This document shows positions 28,956 through 40,100 of a stretch of 64,000 nucleotides of DNA, piece by piece. The stretch is from a virus (Duplodnaviria; Caudoviricetes). The notes under the pieces are model-generated. The model was not told the origin of the DNA and searched no databases. It worked only from the letters and a program-made list of their open reading frames with translations. The stretch is taken from positions 32,001 through 96,000 of the IMG/VR virus record IMGVR_UViG_3300021255_004427; one strand, given 5' to 3'. A program made the translations under genes and the position numbers. Position 1 is the first letter of the stretch. Every line of letters starts with the position of its first letter.

Positions 28956-29405
28956 ATGAGTAAGGAAAAAGATACCAATATTGACGAGCAGGCTGAAATT
29001 GCAGCTCTTGAAGCAGAAGCGCTGAAGGAAGAGCAGCCGTCAGAATCTGAGCAGGTAGCAGATGAATTGCCGGTGATCCCTGGTACAACAGTAACGGCAG
29101 CTGAACTTGATAAATTTAAACAGGAGTACAAAAAAGTGTTCCTGACGGATTATATGGGTAAGCGTTATCTGTGGCATCGTCTCAACCGTAAGAAGTTTGG
29201 CGAAATTTGCGATGCCACAGAAGATATTAAGGATGATGACGAGCTCCTGTCCGCCCGCGAAAAAGAATTCGTAAAAGCATGCGTTCTGTATCCTGGCGCA
29301 GAAGAGGTTGCAGAAGACGTTGAGGACGAGATGATTTCTTCCCGTATCTCCAGAGAAATCCTTTTCAAATCCGGTTTCTATCAGCCGACCACGGTAGAGC
29401 TGTAA
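28956..29405 (+). CDS. Probable tail assembly chaperone (start probably ATG at 28956)
   Basis: Acidic small protein with YLWHRLNRKKF...KACVLYP; upstream of the giant tail genes; GGAGG RBS. Confidence 0.55.
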   Translation: MSKEKDTNIDEQAEIAALEAEALKEEQPSESEQVADELPVIPGTTVTAAELDKFKQEYKKVFLTDYMGKRYLWHRLNRKKFGEICDATEDIKDDDELLSAREKEFVKACVLYPGAEEVAEDVEDEMISSRISREILFKSGFYQPTTVEL

Positions 29406-29412
29406 TCGCGAG

Positions 29413-30396
29413 GTGATTCCCATGAAGATGAAAACGGGTGGGATGGCAAAACAACAGCCTCACGAGGTAGACCTGAAGGAACTGTACGAACAGTATTTGG
29501 ATAAATACGGTCAGGTCTTCATGCATGATTTTGGCGAGAATGGCGTTTTCATATTCAAAAGTCTTGGACGAAAAGATTTTCGGGAATTACGCGATTCAGA
29601 CGCTATTAATGATTATGCCAAGGAAGAGATTATCTGCGAGCAGTGCGTTCTTTATCCTAAAGGGTTTGACTTTGAGAATTGCGATGAAGCTGGTCTTCCC
29701 ACGCAGCTTGCCAATTTAATTTTAGAAAAATCCCTGTTGAAGAGCAGCGACCAGCTTGCGAAAGCTATTCACTATTTTCGCGACAGATTATGGGATACGA
29801 CAGATGAACAGCTGACGTGTATAATTCACGAGGCGTTTCCGGAATACACAATCGAAGAGATTGCGAACTGGGATGTCATGAAAACCGCGGAATATATGAC
29901 AAAAGCCGAATATATCCTGCATAAGCTTCGCGGCATCCCATTGACAGATACGCAGGGCAATGAAGTAGAGTACGTTCCGCCCAGTGTACGTCAAGAGGTG
30001 CAGCAGCCACCACAGAATAACATGCCTACCCAGACAATGGAAGAACGCTTTGCGAAAGTTGATAATGTGCCTGCACCAAAAATGGATCGCAACGAAGTGC
30101 TTAGACCCAAAAAGCAGCCACAACAACCAGCCCCGGTCCAAAGCGGTAAGGATAAGCAAGCGAGACTTGCACAGCTCAGGCATTTGCAGCAGGTGGCTCC
30201 TATCGACCCGAACACAGGAATGGCTATCGACTGGGCAAATGATTCTGTTATGCAAAAAGGTTTTGATGCTTTGCGCAACCAGAGTTTTGATGATAGGCCG
30301 ATCGCGGAAATCCCAATCGATGATTCGGAAGAAGGCATGAATGCAATTCCTGAAGCACTTAGAAGTAGATTCAAAGTTATCAAGCAAGAGGACTAA
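29413..30396 (+). CDS. Second probable tail assembly chaperone (paralog)
   Basis: FIFKSLGRKDF...EQCVLYP parallels the preceding gene. Confidence 0.5.
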   Translation: MIPMKMKTGGMAKQQPHEVDLKELYEQYLDKYGQVFMHDFGENGVFIFKSLGRKDFRELRDSDAINDYAKEEIICEQCVLYPKGFDFENCDEAGLPTQLANLILEKSLLKSSDQLAKAIHYFRDRLWDTTDEQLTCIIHEAFPEYTIEEIANWDVMKTAEYMTKAEYILHKLRGIPLTDTQGNEVEYVPPSVRQEVQQPPQNNMPTQTMEERFAKVDNVPAPKMDRNEVLRPKKQPQQPAPVQSGKDKQARLAQLRHLQQVAPIDPNTGMAIDWANDSVMQKGFDALRNQSFDDRPIAEIPIDDSEEGMNAIPEALRSRFKVIKQED

Positions 30397-30399
30397 CGA

Positions 30400-33300
30400 A
30401 TGGCTGAAGACAAGCTTTATGAAGAAGCAAATGAAGACCTCAGTGATACACTCATAGATTTTGGCACAGATATAGCCGCCGCAGGTGTAGCGGCGGTTTC
30501 TTTTTATCGTGCTGGCGGAGTGAGAGCACTGTCAAAAAAACTCTCGGATTATAGCCACTCCGGATTAAAAAGAGCTGTTGATGATTTTCGAGCGCTTGAC
30601 TACGATCATATTAATTATCGGACGCTAAAAAAATCATACGAACAGATTCGTAATGGGATGAGAAATTTTAAAGCTCAACCTCATGACAATCGCATTCGCT
30701 GGGAGGCAAGGCCAGGCACGCCCATAGAGCTGATCATGGAAGCTGCAAAGCTTCGAGAGTCATCACCTGTAATACAGGAAAATGCCAGATGGCAAAGAGA
30801 AGTTGTAAGGCGCATACAGAAAACCGCATACAAGAATCTGAGCGCTGCGCTGGGCGCTGCAAAGATAAAAAACAGGGACACGATAAAATTAGCGCAGGCT
30901 CAAATGGCAAAGCTCGTTGCCCATGTGGCCAGCGAAGCAAGAAAAGGACATGTAGATTTTGATACAGCAAGGCTTCAGAAAAACTTTAAGGTAACTGGCG
31001 CGGGCGGAGATTTTTATCAAAAAGTTATTGACACTGCAAAATCGCAGGCTGAAAAATTCTCCCTTAATGCAGCAAAACATAAAGGGAGAACTATTGAAAA
31101 CCAGATAGCCGACAGGCTTGAAGCAGTAGAAACGCTTGAACGGGCAGCCGGAGGCAGATACTCTGGAAATACCCTTCGCGATAAAGCATTTGGCGATGGG
31201 CTGGTAACAATCCGCGACACACTCAGTCATGCAGATAGGTTCAATGACACTGACGGCACCTTATTTATAGGTAGTGACCATTCCGTAAAAGAAAGGTCTT
31301 TTCTAAAGGCGTTACAAGAACTCCATGAAAGAGTAAAAGCTAAAAACGATAAAGAAATGCTTGAACGCTTTGAAAATATCGTTATAGACCCGCATCTACG
31401 TAAAACCACTGATGGGGAAATATATTCTCTTGACCCGCTGTATAAAGCAAGATACAAGGTTCTCAAAAGTCTGGCTTACACTATGCCGGGGAAAATTCTG
31501 AAGCTTGCAGATATGATGATGTCTGAGACTACGCCGGCGTTTTATCAGTTCAAAAAGGGTACGCTTAATCCGGTGCTCGCGGCTTTTGAAGAAGGCAACA
31601 CGACCAAGCGCATCATGAGTGACTACTTCTACATGACCGGAAAAGTATTCCGGTATGATGAAGAAAGCAACAAGTTGCTGGATGAATCCGTAAAAGAATT
31701 AGATGGAGGCACACTCTTTTCCACTAGATTTGCAGGCATGGCAAACCTGTATAAAGACATCAATGGCCTTAATGCTCAGCGCGTAAGACAAGACGGGTCA
31801 ATAAGCAAGATTCTTGATCTTAATGCTGCACCGGGAATGAATCCGTGGGATTATCTGGCTGGATATTTTAGCGGAGAACGGGATAAAAAATATCTACCCA
31901 ACGTCATTAAAGATATCAAGAGTGGGAATCTTTTTTCAACATCTGACGATATTGATGATGTGTATGAAAGATTGTCCAGCTTAAACATCTTTTTAAATAA
32001 GAGCACAAGAGGCTTGACGCTGCCTATGCTCAGTGCTCTCGAAAATGTGGCGAGAGAAACCGCTGCTCAGGACGGTAGAGACGCCCTTGAAATTATCAGC
32101 CTCCTAAGACTAAATAATGGTGAACAAATTCTTGACGGCGTAAAAGCCATGGTTGGAGCTCATGGCGGTACAGATGGCGCGTTTTTGAATAACCGTCTTA
32201 ATCGACTGGTAAGCAAATTCGCACGAAACGAATCCGCAACAAAGGGATCTGTCGAACTTTTAGAAGACATTTCTGGTGCTTGGACTGATGATATTTCCGC
32301 TGCCGGTGGCTTAGATTTTTATGGGCAGCTACAGAGAGAGCTGTCTAAAGAAGCGTTAATGCGTATGGCAGAAAACTCTCGTGACGAGGCCGGCGGCTTA
32401 TACAATGCGATAAAAGGTGTTATTGAAAAAAGCAGCATGTCTCACGCTGACGAGGAAGCCGCAAAAAGACTGGCCTATACGTCAATCTTGGATAATGAAA
32501 CCATGAATGCGTTTACCGGCTTCGGGAAATATCAGCGTAGCGAGTATGATGTTGTCGATCCGATAACCAACCAGTCCTTACTGGAGAGCCTTATCGCAAA
32601 ATATACCACTGTTGCGGGCGGAAAAACTACGCGGGCAGGCGAACAAGATGCGTCCAGGGTTATCCAGGATATGGTTAATGATGGCCATGAATGGCAGATG
32701 CTGCATGCTAATGGACGCAACCATGAGAGTGATATACCCGAGCAGTACATTGAATCCGACTATGCAATACTCCGCAAAAGCTCCGGGCCTTTGGAAATTC
32801 TAAAAGCCATAAATCAATCCATAACGGATAGTTCGTTAGATGCACTCAAAGATGAAGGAATGAACTTCATTAATCAGCTCAAGGCTGGCGGACATGATGC
32901 TGGGAATCTATCCAGAATGACGATGGTTCCGTATTTCTTCTTGCGGCGCTTAGGTGGAGACGATCTGCCTCCTTTCTTACAGTTTTCAAACGAGGCTCTT
33001 GATAGCACATGGGGGTTAACAAAAGCAATAGCTAAAAGAATCGCTCCTGTGGCTATCGGAGAAACTTATCTTGAGTGGGGCGACGATACTGTAGGTGCAG
33101 TTACCGGTGTCAGACCAAGTGCGGGATTCGTAAACACTCTGGATTACATGGATATTGGCGCGAGGACTATGCTGGATATGACCGGGATAGGTGGCTTTCT
33201 TGAAAGCGAATCTTACGTCAATCCTATCATGCAATATTGGGGTGGCCGGGATGGCTATTATGATGCCGATGAAGAACGTGATTTTATTGCCAATGGATAT

Positions 33301-36300
33301 GAAGCGGTAAGGCGCGGGCGTTATTGGTCATTTGGTTCGGTAAATGAGTTCCGTGGTTCGACAGTCGAGTATTATCAGCCAACACTTACCAGACGACTTA
33401 ATAGCGACTACTACAATAAATCATTGTATAGTGGTTATTGGGATAAATGGGGGCATTCTCTGTTACCTACGCCAACAGCACCATTTTCCCCGCTCGTTTA
33501 TTTAATGGACCCGTACTATCTCGAGGAAGAGCATAAGGAAGATCGCCCATACACGGTTTCCGGCACAATGTTTGATAAAGAAACTCCTTGGGGTATCGTC
33601 CTTAATCCTACAATCGGTGAACTTGTAAAACCGGTTGTTAAGATGAACCAGGACAGGCTGACGGATGGCGGGCAAGATGTAAAAGCCATTATCTATGGTA
33701 TAAACCAGCATATCCGTGATACTGCTCAGGGTGACCACGCATACGCCATGGTATTCGACCGCGAACAGATTACCGCCGGCGAATATACTTCATACGCATC
33801 TCCCTCGCTTGGCCAGTATAATATCCGTATTGGTAAGGATCGTGGGGAGCAGATGCATCAGGAGCAGCTTGATGCTCTTGGCGGGCCGATGGAACCAGAG
33901 CGTCGCGAAACTCTTTATGAGGGCGGCGGTTCTGGTGATGGCTCTGGTAGCGGATTAGGATTCGGCGGTTCTGGTGGCGGAGGTTCTTTTGGTGGGCAAT
34001 ATCCGCTTGACCTTTTAGGACAGACAAATCGAAAAATATACGTAGCTGCCGCCCGCAATGAAAACAAAGGCGGCATGATCACCACCGACTATATTCGCCA
34101 TAGTAAAGTAGACGAAATCCTCGGCAACGAAGATATGGGTGACCTGATTAACGCCGGAGCTGGTGGCGATCTTGTTCACGAGACAGCTCAGTCGCTAAGA
34201 TTAATTGGCGGTATCTATGGTTATGGCGCAAACAGAGCGTTTGGATTCGGCGAGCGTGATGGAAAGCAAATTGCAGATGCCGGAGACATTGACTCTTTTA
34301 GTCGTTCATTCTGGGATGAATCCGTTGGTGGTATTGGCGGCGGCGTAGCAGAAATTGGGCGTCGTTTTATCCCGGAATACAGGCGAAACATACGTGTCAA
34401 TCCGCTCTTAAATACGATGCCAGATTGGCTTCCAGAGAAGCTAAGATTCGGGGACCCGTATGCGCAATTGCCTAAAGGAGAGGCTCGTCTTCCCGGCAAA
34501 GGGTATGAAGCGTTAAATGAATTACACCCGGACTCCTATGGAATTTATGGCAGCTACGACCGTTATAAGATTTTGGCTGACGTCGCTCCAAATTCAACAG
34601 AGTTTAAGGTCTGGAAAAAGATTGCGAACGCTACGGTTACTGACCCTGTTCTAAAAAAGGACATGGAAAAAATCCAAGAGCGCGTGAACGAACAAAACAA
34701 ACAGCACGATTTTTACGACTATCGGATTCTCGGTAAAGACGTGGATTATCAGGACGCTATTATCCAAGAGGTCAACAAGGATGGTTCATTCCGCATTCGT
34801 GGGTCGAATAGATTATTAACTCTTGCAGGCATTGAGTTTGATAAAACGACCGCGATGAGTGGGGCTGGTAATCAGATTATGGCCGAGTATTTACATCCCG
34901 GCCAGAGTGTAACCATCGCAACAGATTCGAATGAGTATAACAGAGACAATCCTGACGGTACAAATAATGGGGAAGGCACTGTAAATGCAGCTGTATTTGT
35001 TGACGATGAAAGTGTCAGTGAGCTTTTACTTAATGAACACAAGGACGTAATCAAAAAGAAAAAAGACCATCTTAATGCTGCGGACGTATATGCCCTAACA
35101 AGTACATTTGACCGCGTGCTTGGCGGTGCTGCAGAGATTGTTGCTCATGCCGATCTGCCGTTAATCCATGATCGGTGGTTACGTGTAAGAAGCCCGCTTG
35201 AATCGTATAATGCAGAACAAGTATACGGCACGCCATACCAAACATGGTCAGACGTGTGGGGGACGTATATCCAACCGGCTATGGAGAGGGCAGTGTCGGA
35301 TCATTGGGGTGTAATCCGTGGTGCCGCAGAATGGTTCGCTCTAAATAACTTGCAGGCCAGAGAAGGTATTGGTAAAACAAAGAAAATGCTGCTATCTGGA
35401 GCGGCCGCGCTAATGGATAGAGGGGCGTTTATTGGCAGTAGTATTGCTACGTTCTTCCGTCCTGGTGATGGCGAATTGTTCCAGAAAGGCGGTAAAATAG
35501 GCTTAGGCTTGTCGCTCCTTGGCAATCTGTATACCAGCGCGCAGTCAAGCCCAACAGAGGCAGCCGCGAGCTATGCCACGGTTGGTTGGATGGCTGCAGA
35601 TGTGCTGGATACAGAAAAAGAAAAATTCACCAAAGCGCTTAGCGGTTCTATAGAGAAGTTTTTCCGAAATGAAGAATCGTGGAAGTTTAGAACAAAAGGT
35701 GCGTTTATTGGCGCGGCTGCCGGCGTGGCCATGTCTGGCTTATTTGGCCCATCACTTGAAAGTGGAGAGCGTGCCCATTGGACTCCGGACAGGATAAAAC
35801 AAAAGTGGGAACTTGAAGATTACTTTGACCGTCTGACATATATAAAATATACGGGGCTCTATAACCGCGCAGCAGAACTTGCCAAGAGCGAAGAAGGCAC
35901 GGATGTAAAGAAGATTTTTGATGACTATGAAGAATGGAGCGATTGGCGCCGCGAAATTATGCAGGACTCGGACGTAAACAACACCGAGTTCACCCATCTA
36001 GCCAAGAAGAGAATCCAGCGAGCATTAGATGGTCTTCATGATGAAATCTTCGGCAGTAATGATGAGAATAACCATCGTTTTGAATATAGCAATGGCTTTT
36101 CGATAAACGATCTGCCGGGTGTCCGCAATGGTGTATTCCATTCTGAAGAAGTATCCGAGGAAGAACGGCTTTATACACTGAATGCTTTGGTAACGATGGG
36201 TGTTCGATACAATAAACCGGGCACGTCGCGCACTCAGGAAGATCGTGACATGAGCCAGCTCAGAGAATTTGAGCGCGTGTATGGAACTAAAATTCCGGAC

Positions 36301-37092
36301 TACTATCAGGTACATCACATTGTAGAGTTCTCAGAAAACGGTGCGGATGACCCATCTAATATGATTGCTCTCAACCCGGACGATCATCAGTATATCACCG
36401 AACAGCAAAAGAAAATCTCGGAGGGCGATTTTACTGCTGCTGAAATTGGTGCAAGAACTGCCATGCGTATCGGCGAATATGGACGGGCAGCACTGCTCTA
36501 CAAGAAGGCTGCGGAATCCACTATGTATGGTTTGCGGGCGGATGCTAGGTGGACAGATGTTGTAAAAGCCTTGCCGAAATACGAGCGAGATTATTTCACT
36601 GAGTTCATGCGTGAAAACGATCCTGAAAAGCGCGAGGAAATTCTGCAGACCGTATCGCCATTTTTAAGGCGAGCATTGAAGCAGGTCTGGAAGATGGACT
36701 ACGAATCTGATAAAGGGCCGGACAATGAAGAATATTTTCAGAGTCATAATCTGCCAAACTTCCAGTGGGAAGGGTGGGATCCGGATTCTGACTTGAACAA
36801 GGTAAAAGCAAAGACCATTAAAAACGAAGGCATGCTTTTCTCCGATTTTGGAATATACGAATCTACGTATCGTGACCAAGAAGTTATCAATGCGCCAAAT
36901 CTATCGCCTAAAGGTGGAGACGATCCGATAACAGTACAGGCAAATCTGCAGGCAACTTTGTCTGGTTTGGGACTTGTGGGTGTCGAAGTTTCTGTCGAGC
37001 CAAAGTCCACAAAAGGTATTACCTCGGTAATTAACGTCACGAAGGTAACATCGTATAAGCTGGGAGAAACGGTTGATAACCTATTCTCCTGA
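30400..37092 (+). CDS. Giant (2230 aa) tape-measure-position protein with embedded HNH domain
   Basis: Follows the chaperones; helical and Gly/Ala-rich hydrophobic segments; QVHHIVEFSENGADDPSNMIALNPDDH at aa ~1970-1996. Confidence 0.65.
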   Translation: MAEDKLYEEANEDLSDTLIDFGTDIAAAGVAAVSFYRAGGVRALSKKLSDYSHSGLKRAVDDFRALDYDHINYRTLKKSYEQIRNGMRNFKAQPHDNRIRWEARPGTPIELIMEAAKLRESSPVIQENARWQREVVRRIQKTAYKNLSAALGAAKIKNRDTIKLAQAQMAKLVAHVASEARKGHVDFDTARLQKNFKVTGAGGDFYQKVIDTAKSQAEKFSLNAAKHKGRTIENQIADRLEAVETLERAAGGRYSGNTLRDKAFGDGLVTIRDTLSHADRFNDTDGTLFIGSDHSVKERSFLKALQELHERVKAKNDKEMLERFENIVIDPHLRKTTDGEIYSLDPLYKARYKVLKSLAYTMPGKILKLADMMMSETTPAFYQFKKGTLNPVLAAFEEGNTTKRIMSDYFYMTGKVFRYDEESNKLLDESVKELDGGTLFSTRFAGMANLYKDINGLNAQRVRQDGSISKILDLNAAPGMNPWDYLAGYFSGERDKKYLPNVIKDIKSGNLFSTSDDIDDVYERLSSLNIFLNKSTRGLTLPMLSALENVARETAAQDGRDALEIISLLRLNNGEQILDGVKAMVGAHGGTDGAFLNNRLNRLVSKFARNESATKGSVELLEDISGAWTDDISAAGGLDFYGQLQRELSKEALMRMAENSRDEAGGLYNAIKGVIEKSSMSHADEEAAKRLAYTSILDNETMNAFTGFGKYQRSEYDVVDPITNQSLLESLIAKYTTVAGGKTTRAGEQDASRVIQDMVNDGHEWQMLHANGRNHESDIPEQYIESDYAILRKSSGPLEILKAINQSITDSSLDALKDEGMNFINQLKAGGHDAGNLSRMTMVPYFFLRRLGGDDLPPFLQFSNEALDSTWGLTKAIAKRIAPVAIGETYLEWGDDTVGAVTGVRPSAGFVNTLDYMDIGARTMLDMTGIGGFLESESYVNPIMQYWGGRDGYYDADEERDFIANGYEAVRRGRYWSFGSVNEFRGSTVEYYQPTLTRRLNSDYYNKSLYSGYWDKWGHSLLPTPTAPFSPLVYLMDPYYLEEEHKEDRPYTVSGTMFDKETPWGIVLNPTIGELVKPVVKMNQDRLTDGGQDVKAIIYGINQHIRDTAQGDHAYAMVFDREQITAGEYTSYASPSLGQYNIRIGKDRGEQMHQEQLDALGGPMEPERRETLYEGGGSGDGSGSGLGFGGSGGGGSFGGQYPLDLLGQTNRKIYVAAARNENKGGMITTDYIRHSKVDEILGNEDMGDLINAGAGGDLVHETAQSLRLIGGIYGYGANRAFGFGERDGKQIADAGDIDSFSRSFWDESVGGIGGGVAEIGRRFIPEYRRNIRVNPLLNTMPDWLPEKLRFGDPYAQLPKGEARLPGKGYEALNELHPDSYGIYGSYDRYKILADVAPNSTEFKVWKKIANATVTDPVLKKDMEKIQERVNEQNKQHDFYDYRILGKDVDYQDAIIQEVNKDGSFRIRGSNRLLTLAGIEFDKTTAMSGAGNQIMAEYLHPGQSVTIATDSNEYNRDNPDGTNNGEGTVNAAVFVDDESVSELLLNEHKDVIKKKKDHLNAADVYALTSTFDRVLGGAAEIVAHADLPLIHDRWLRVRSPLESYNAEQVYGTPYQTWSDVWGTYIQPAMERAVSDHWGVIRGAAEWFALNNLQAREGIGKTKKMLLSGAAALMDRGAFIGSSIATFFRPGDGELFQKGGKIGLGLSLLGNLYTSAQSSPTEAAASYATVGWMAADVLDTEKEKFTKALSGSIEKFFRNEESWKFRTKGAFIGAAAGVAMSGLFGPSLESGERAHWTPDRIKQKWELEDYFDRLTYIKYTGLYNRAAELAKSEEGTDVKKIFDDYEEWSDWRREIMQDSDVNNTEFTHLAKKRIQRALDGLHDEIFGSNDENNHRFEYSNGFSINDLPGVRNGVFHSEEVSEEERLYTLNALVTMGVRYNKPGTSRTQEDRDMSQLREFERVYGTKIPDYYQVHHIVEFSENGADDPSNMIALNPDDHQYITEQQKKISEGDFTAAEIGARTAMRIGEYGRAALLYKKAAESTMYGLRADARWTDVVKALPKYERDYFTEFMRENDPEKREEILQTVSPFLRRALKQVWKMDYESDKGPDNEEYFQSHNLPNFQWEGWDPDSDLNKVKAKTIKNEGMLFSDFGIYESTYRDQEVINAPNLSPKGGDDPITVQANLQATLSGLGLVGVEVSVEPKSTKGITSVINVTKVTSYKLGETVDNLFS

Positions 37093-37101
37093 GTAATTTT
37101 T

Positions 37102-37134
37102 GACGACTGTAATCTTGCAGTCGTCTTTTGTTTT
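37102..37134 (+). terminator. Putative terminator
   Basis: GACGACTG-taatcttg-CAGTCGTC followed by TTTTGTTTT. Confidence 0.6.
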
Positions 37135-37147
37135 AGGAGAATAATTA

Positions 37148-40100
37148 ATGGCAAATAACATTTATTCCAATCGGGCGACATCCCGACTTGCAAATAGAGA
37201 AAGACAGAATCGGGCGGCAGAAGACCGTTTAATTAAAAGAAGCAGTCAACAATATTCAGAAGAGCTTAGGCAGTACAATGAAGACAAAAAGGCTTCAAAA
37301 AGTGTGACTGACAATTCGTTGGTGAAGCCGGTATTTCAGCACCCAATAGACTTAGAGATAGAACTTGAGATCTTAAATAACCAAGCGCTGATTCCATCCA
37401 TGTCTAGAATTGCTAATTTTGACTGGGCGGGCGCAAATGCAGTTTATGGGGCGCTCCCAAAGCGCTTTAATGAGCGAGGGGAAGTAAGTACTGAAGTAGC
37501 AAATATATATGAACAAAAATTCCTGCCCGTAGTGGGAGAGCTGTTAAATAGCGTACAATCCCCTACGCAGTTAAGCACGGTGCAATCTGGTGATGAATTA
37601 TTAAAACGCACAATCATTCAGGATGCCCAGCTTAACTATGCCTTCAATCACAATGCCCTTGTAAAAACGAATATGCAAAAACAAAAGAAAGTTGTTGAGC
37701 ATATCCAGAAGACCGGGAAATTTATTGAGTATGACCTCGAGGGTATTGGAAACGATATAACCGAATTCTCCTTTATTGAATTTGACACCAAGGCCAAGAC
37801 CGGCACGCCGGTAAAGAAATGGATGACCGGCCTTACTGGTGTTAATCCGGAAACCGCAAAAGAACTTCAGTCATTAATTGACGATTATAGACAGTTCGGT
37901 TTCAAACATGGTGACCAAAAAAATGGTGTATCCGAAGCAGATCGTTACAAACTGGAAACCATTGCTAAGCGTGGGCATAAAAAGACGGTTGTAGAAAATA
38001 AGGATGGCATTAACATCCTTAAAAGTTATGCTGTTAACGAAGACGTTTTGATTCCACAGGTCGAAGATTTAGAGCGCGGTCTGCAAGGGCTCATTGATGA
38101 CTATAATGTAATCCACAGTGCAAAACCCAAAACATATAGTTTTGACGGGAGACAGTACCAGCTCTATCGCGACGACTATATGATGCTACGCATGCTTTAC
38201 GACGCAAAAAAGCGCAATATAGCCCTGTCAGGTCTCAACGTTTTTGGTTACGACAACGCCCAGATAAACCGCAAATTCAACCAGGCTACTGGTGACGCAT
38301 ATTTGCTATGGAAGCAGATAACCGGCACGGGCGATATGAATGACGCATTCCTCATTATGGATAAAACAATGATCCATCGTGAGAAAAACGACCCCGCAAA
38401 AATTCTGGCAAATGTTAATGGCGCTCTCGAAGATATTGTGGCGAACCCAGGGAATACATTAAATACATCCCGGGGGCAGCAGGCAAGATACGGTAATACG
38501 ATTGACCCGGCAACCGGGAAAATCATAAATGGCCCCGACCGTTACCAGCAGATGATGCATGAGCTGTTTAATGGCGTAATCTATGCGCAGCACGCAGCTT
38601 TCTCGGATACAGCTATTCAAGGTTTCACAACTATTGATATGCTGAAGGATAGCTCTTTTACGGCTACAGTAAAAGATGAGAACGGGAAGAACGTAGCAAA
38701 CCCTGATTATATATTCAGCAATAGCAAAATGGAACCCGAAAGACTCGCTAAGGCCGGGGATATCTTTTATGTCCAAAAGGGTGTTATGGGGAATACCGCT
38801 GCTGGCGGCATGAGCTTCGTTGTTGACGGATTATCTGGCGATATAAGATTTGACGGAGTAAGATTTGATGCTCAGGGAAAACTCCTGACAAAAGAGAATC
38901 TGGTAGCACCGGCGCTAAAGAGTAATACTTATGCCATGCTTGCTGGCGTAAAAGAGATATCTGTTGACAGCGCTATCGGAAGAGAATATGGAAAAATCAA
39001 AGGCACGGCCGGGGCGGAAAATCTCGTAGCCTTGATGTTCTATCAGTATGGCGAGGCATATAAAGGAGACGCAGAAGGAAGATTAAAGGACTTAAATGTC
39101 TGGGTAGGCACAAAAACCGAAGCGGAGGAATTTCTCGGTTCTAACCCGTATGTAGGTTCTGTTGTCCCTCAAAGCGCTCCAAAGACACTCGAAGATTGGC
39201 GCACCATATCTTCGACAAACGGGCATATTGATACAACAGGAGTGTCTCCCTCTGTAAATGAAAAATTTGGCAAGAGGCATGAAGATGGCTCTATAGCAGA
39301 CTTAAGTGAGGCTGTAGAAGAATCTAATATAACAAAGCAGCGGGATTCTGCAAGTAATTGGCTCCGCAGCCTCAATTATAATAAGGCGAAAAACGCACTG
39401 AAATATATAAAGGCTCTAAATGAGGAAAAAGAGAACCGCAAAGCAGGGGGGAGTATTTCAGAGTTTGCAGTTCAGCGCCTTAAAGAAGTTGCGGGAGATC
39501 GTAAAGCCCTGGAAAAAGCATATGGAATGCTTAAACCGTACGAGGACGCCGAAGAAGTATTAACACAAACTATTGCTAATGCGACTTACTCAGCAGGATA
39601 TTTGGATAAAGTAAAAGATATTCTGGAAGAGTCTCTGGAGTTGACCGATAAGCTGGCTGGCGCAAATGCGAAAAAAGAAGTTAAGGATCAGTATTTTGTA
39701 CAAATCTACGAACATGCGCTGAGTGTATTAGCTGAAGAAACTGAAGGGGAGAAAGCTAAAGCACAGGCCGGCAAACAGGCAGCAGGTGGGCACCCAAAGG
39801 TCGATAATGAACTCAGGACTTACACACCGGCTCAGGCATATGGACAAACAGCCGAAGGACAGCTTAGAACTGGCAAGCAGGCTCGATCTATCTTGTTGGA
39901 TATTTCCAGTATCATGCCAGAAAACCGCAGTCATAATGCGGGGCTCAACAGTCAAACCGGTACATTCTTTGAGATTGATCCAAACGAAACTGAGCCTCAC
40001 TGGGGGGCCAGACTGTCTAAGCTCCTCGGAACGGAGAATAGGGCTGTGGCGGTGCGCAAACTAGGCGCTCTTATTTCTAAGCAGTATGGAGAAATTAAAG

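Noticed and set aside
29380-29420. Programmed frameshift between the two tail chaperone genes
   Set aside because: No clear slippery heptamer before the stop at 29405; the second gene has its own GAGG RBS and looks like a full paralog.
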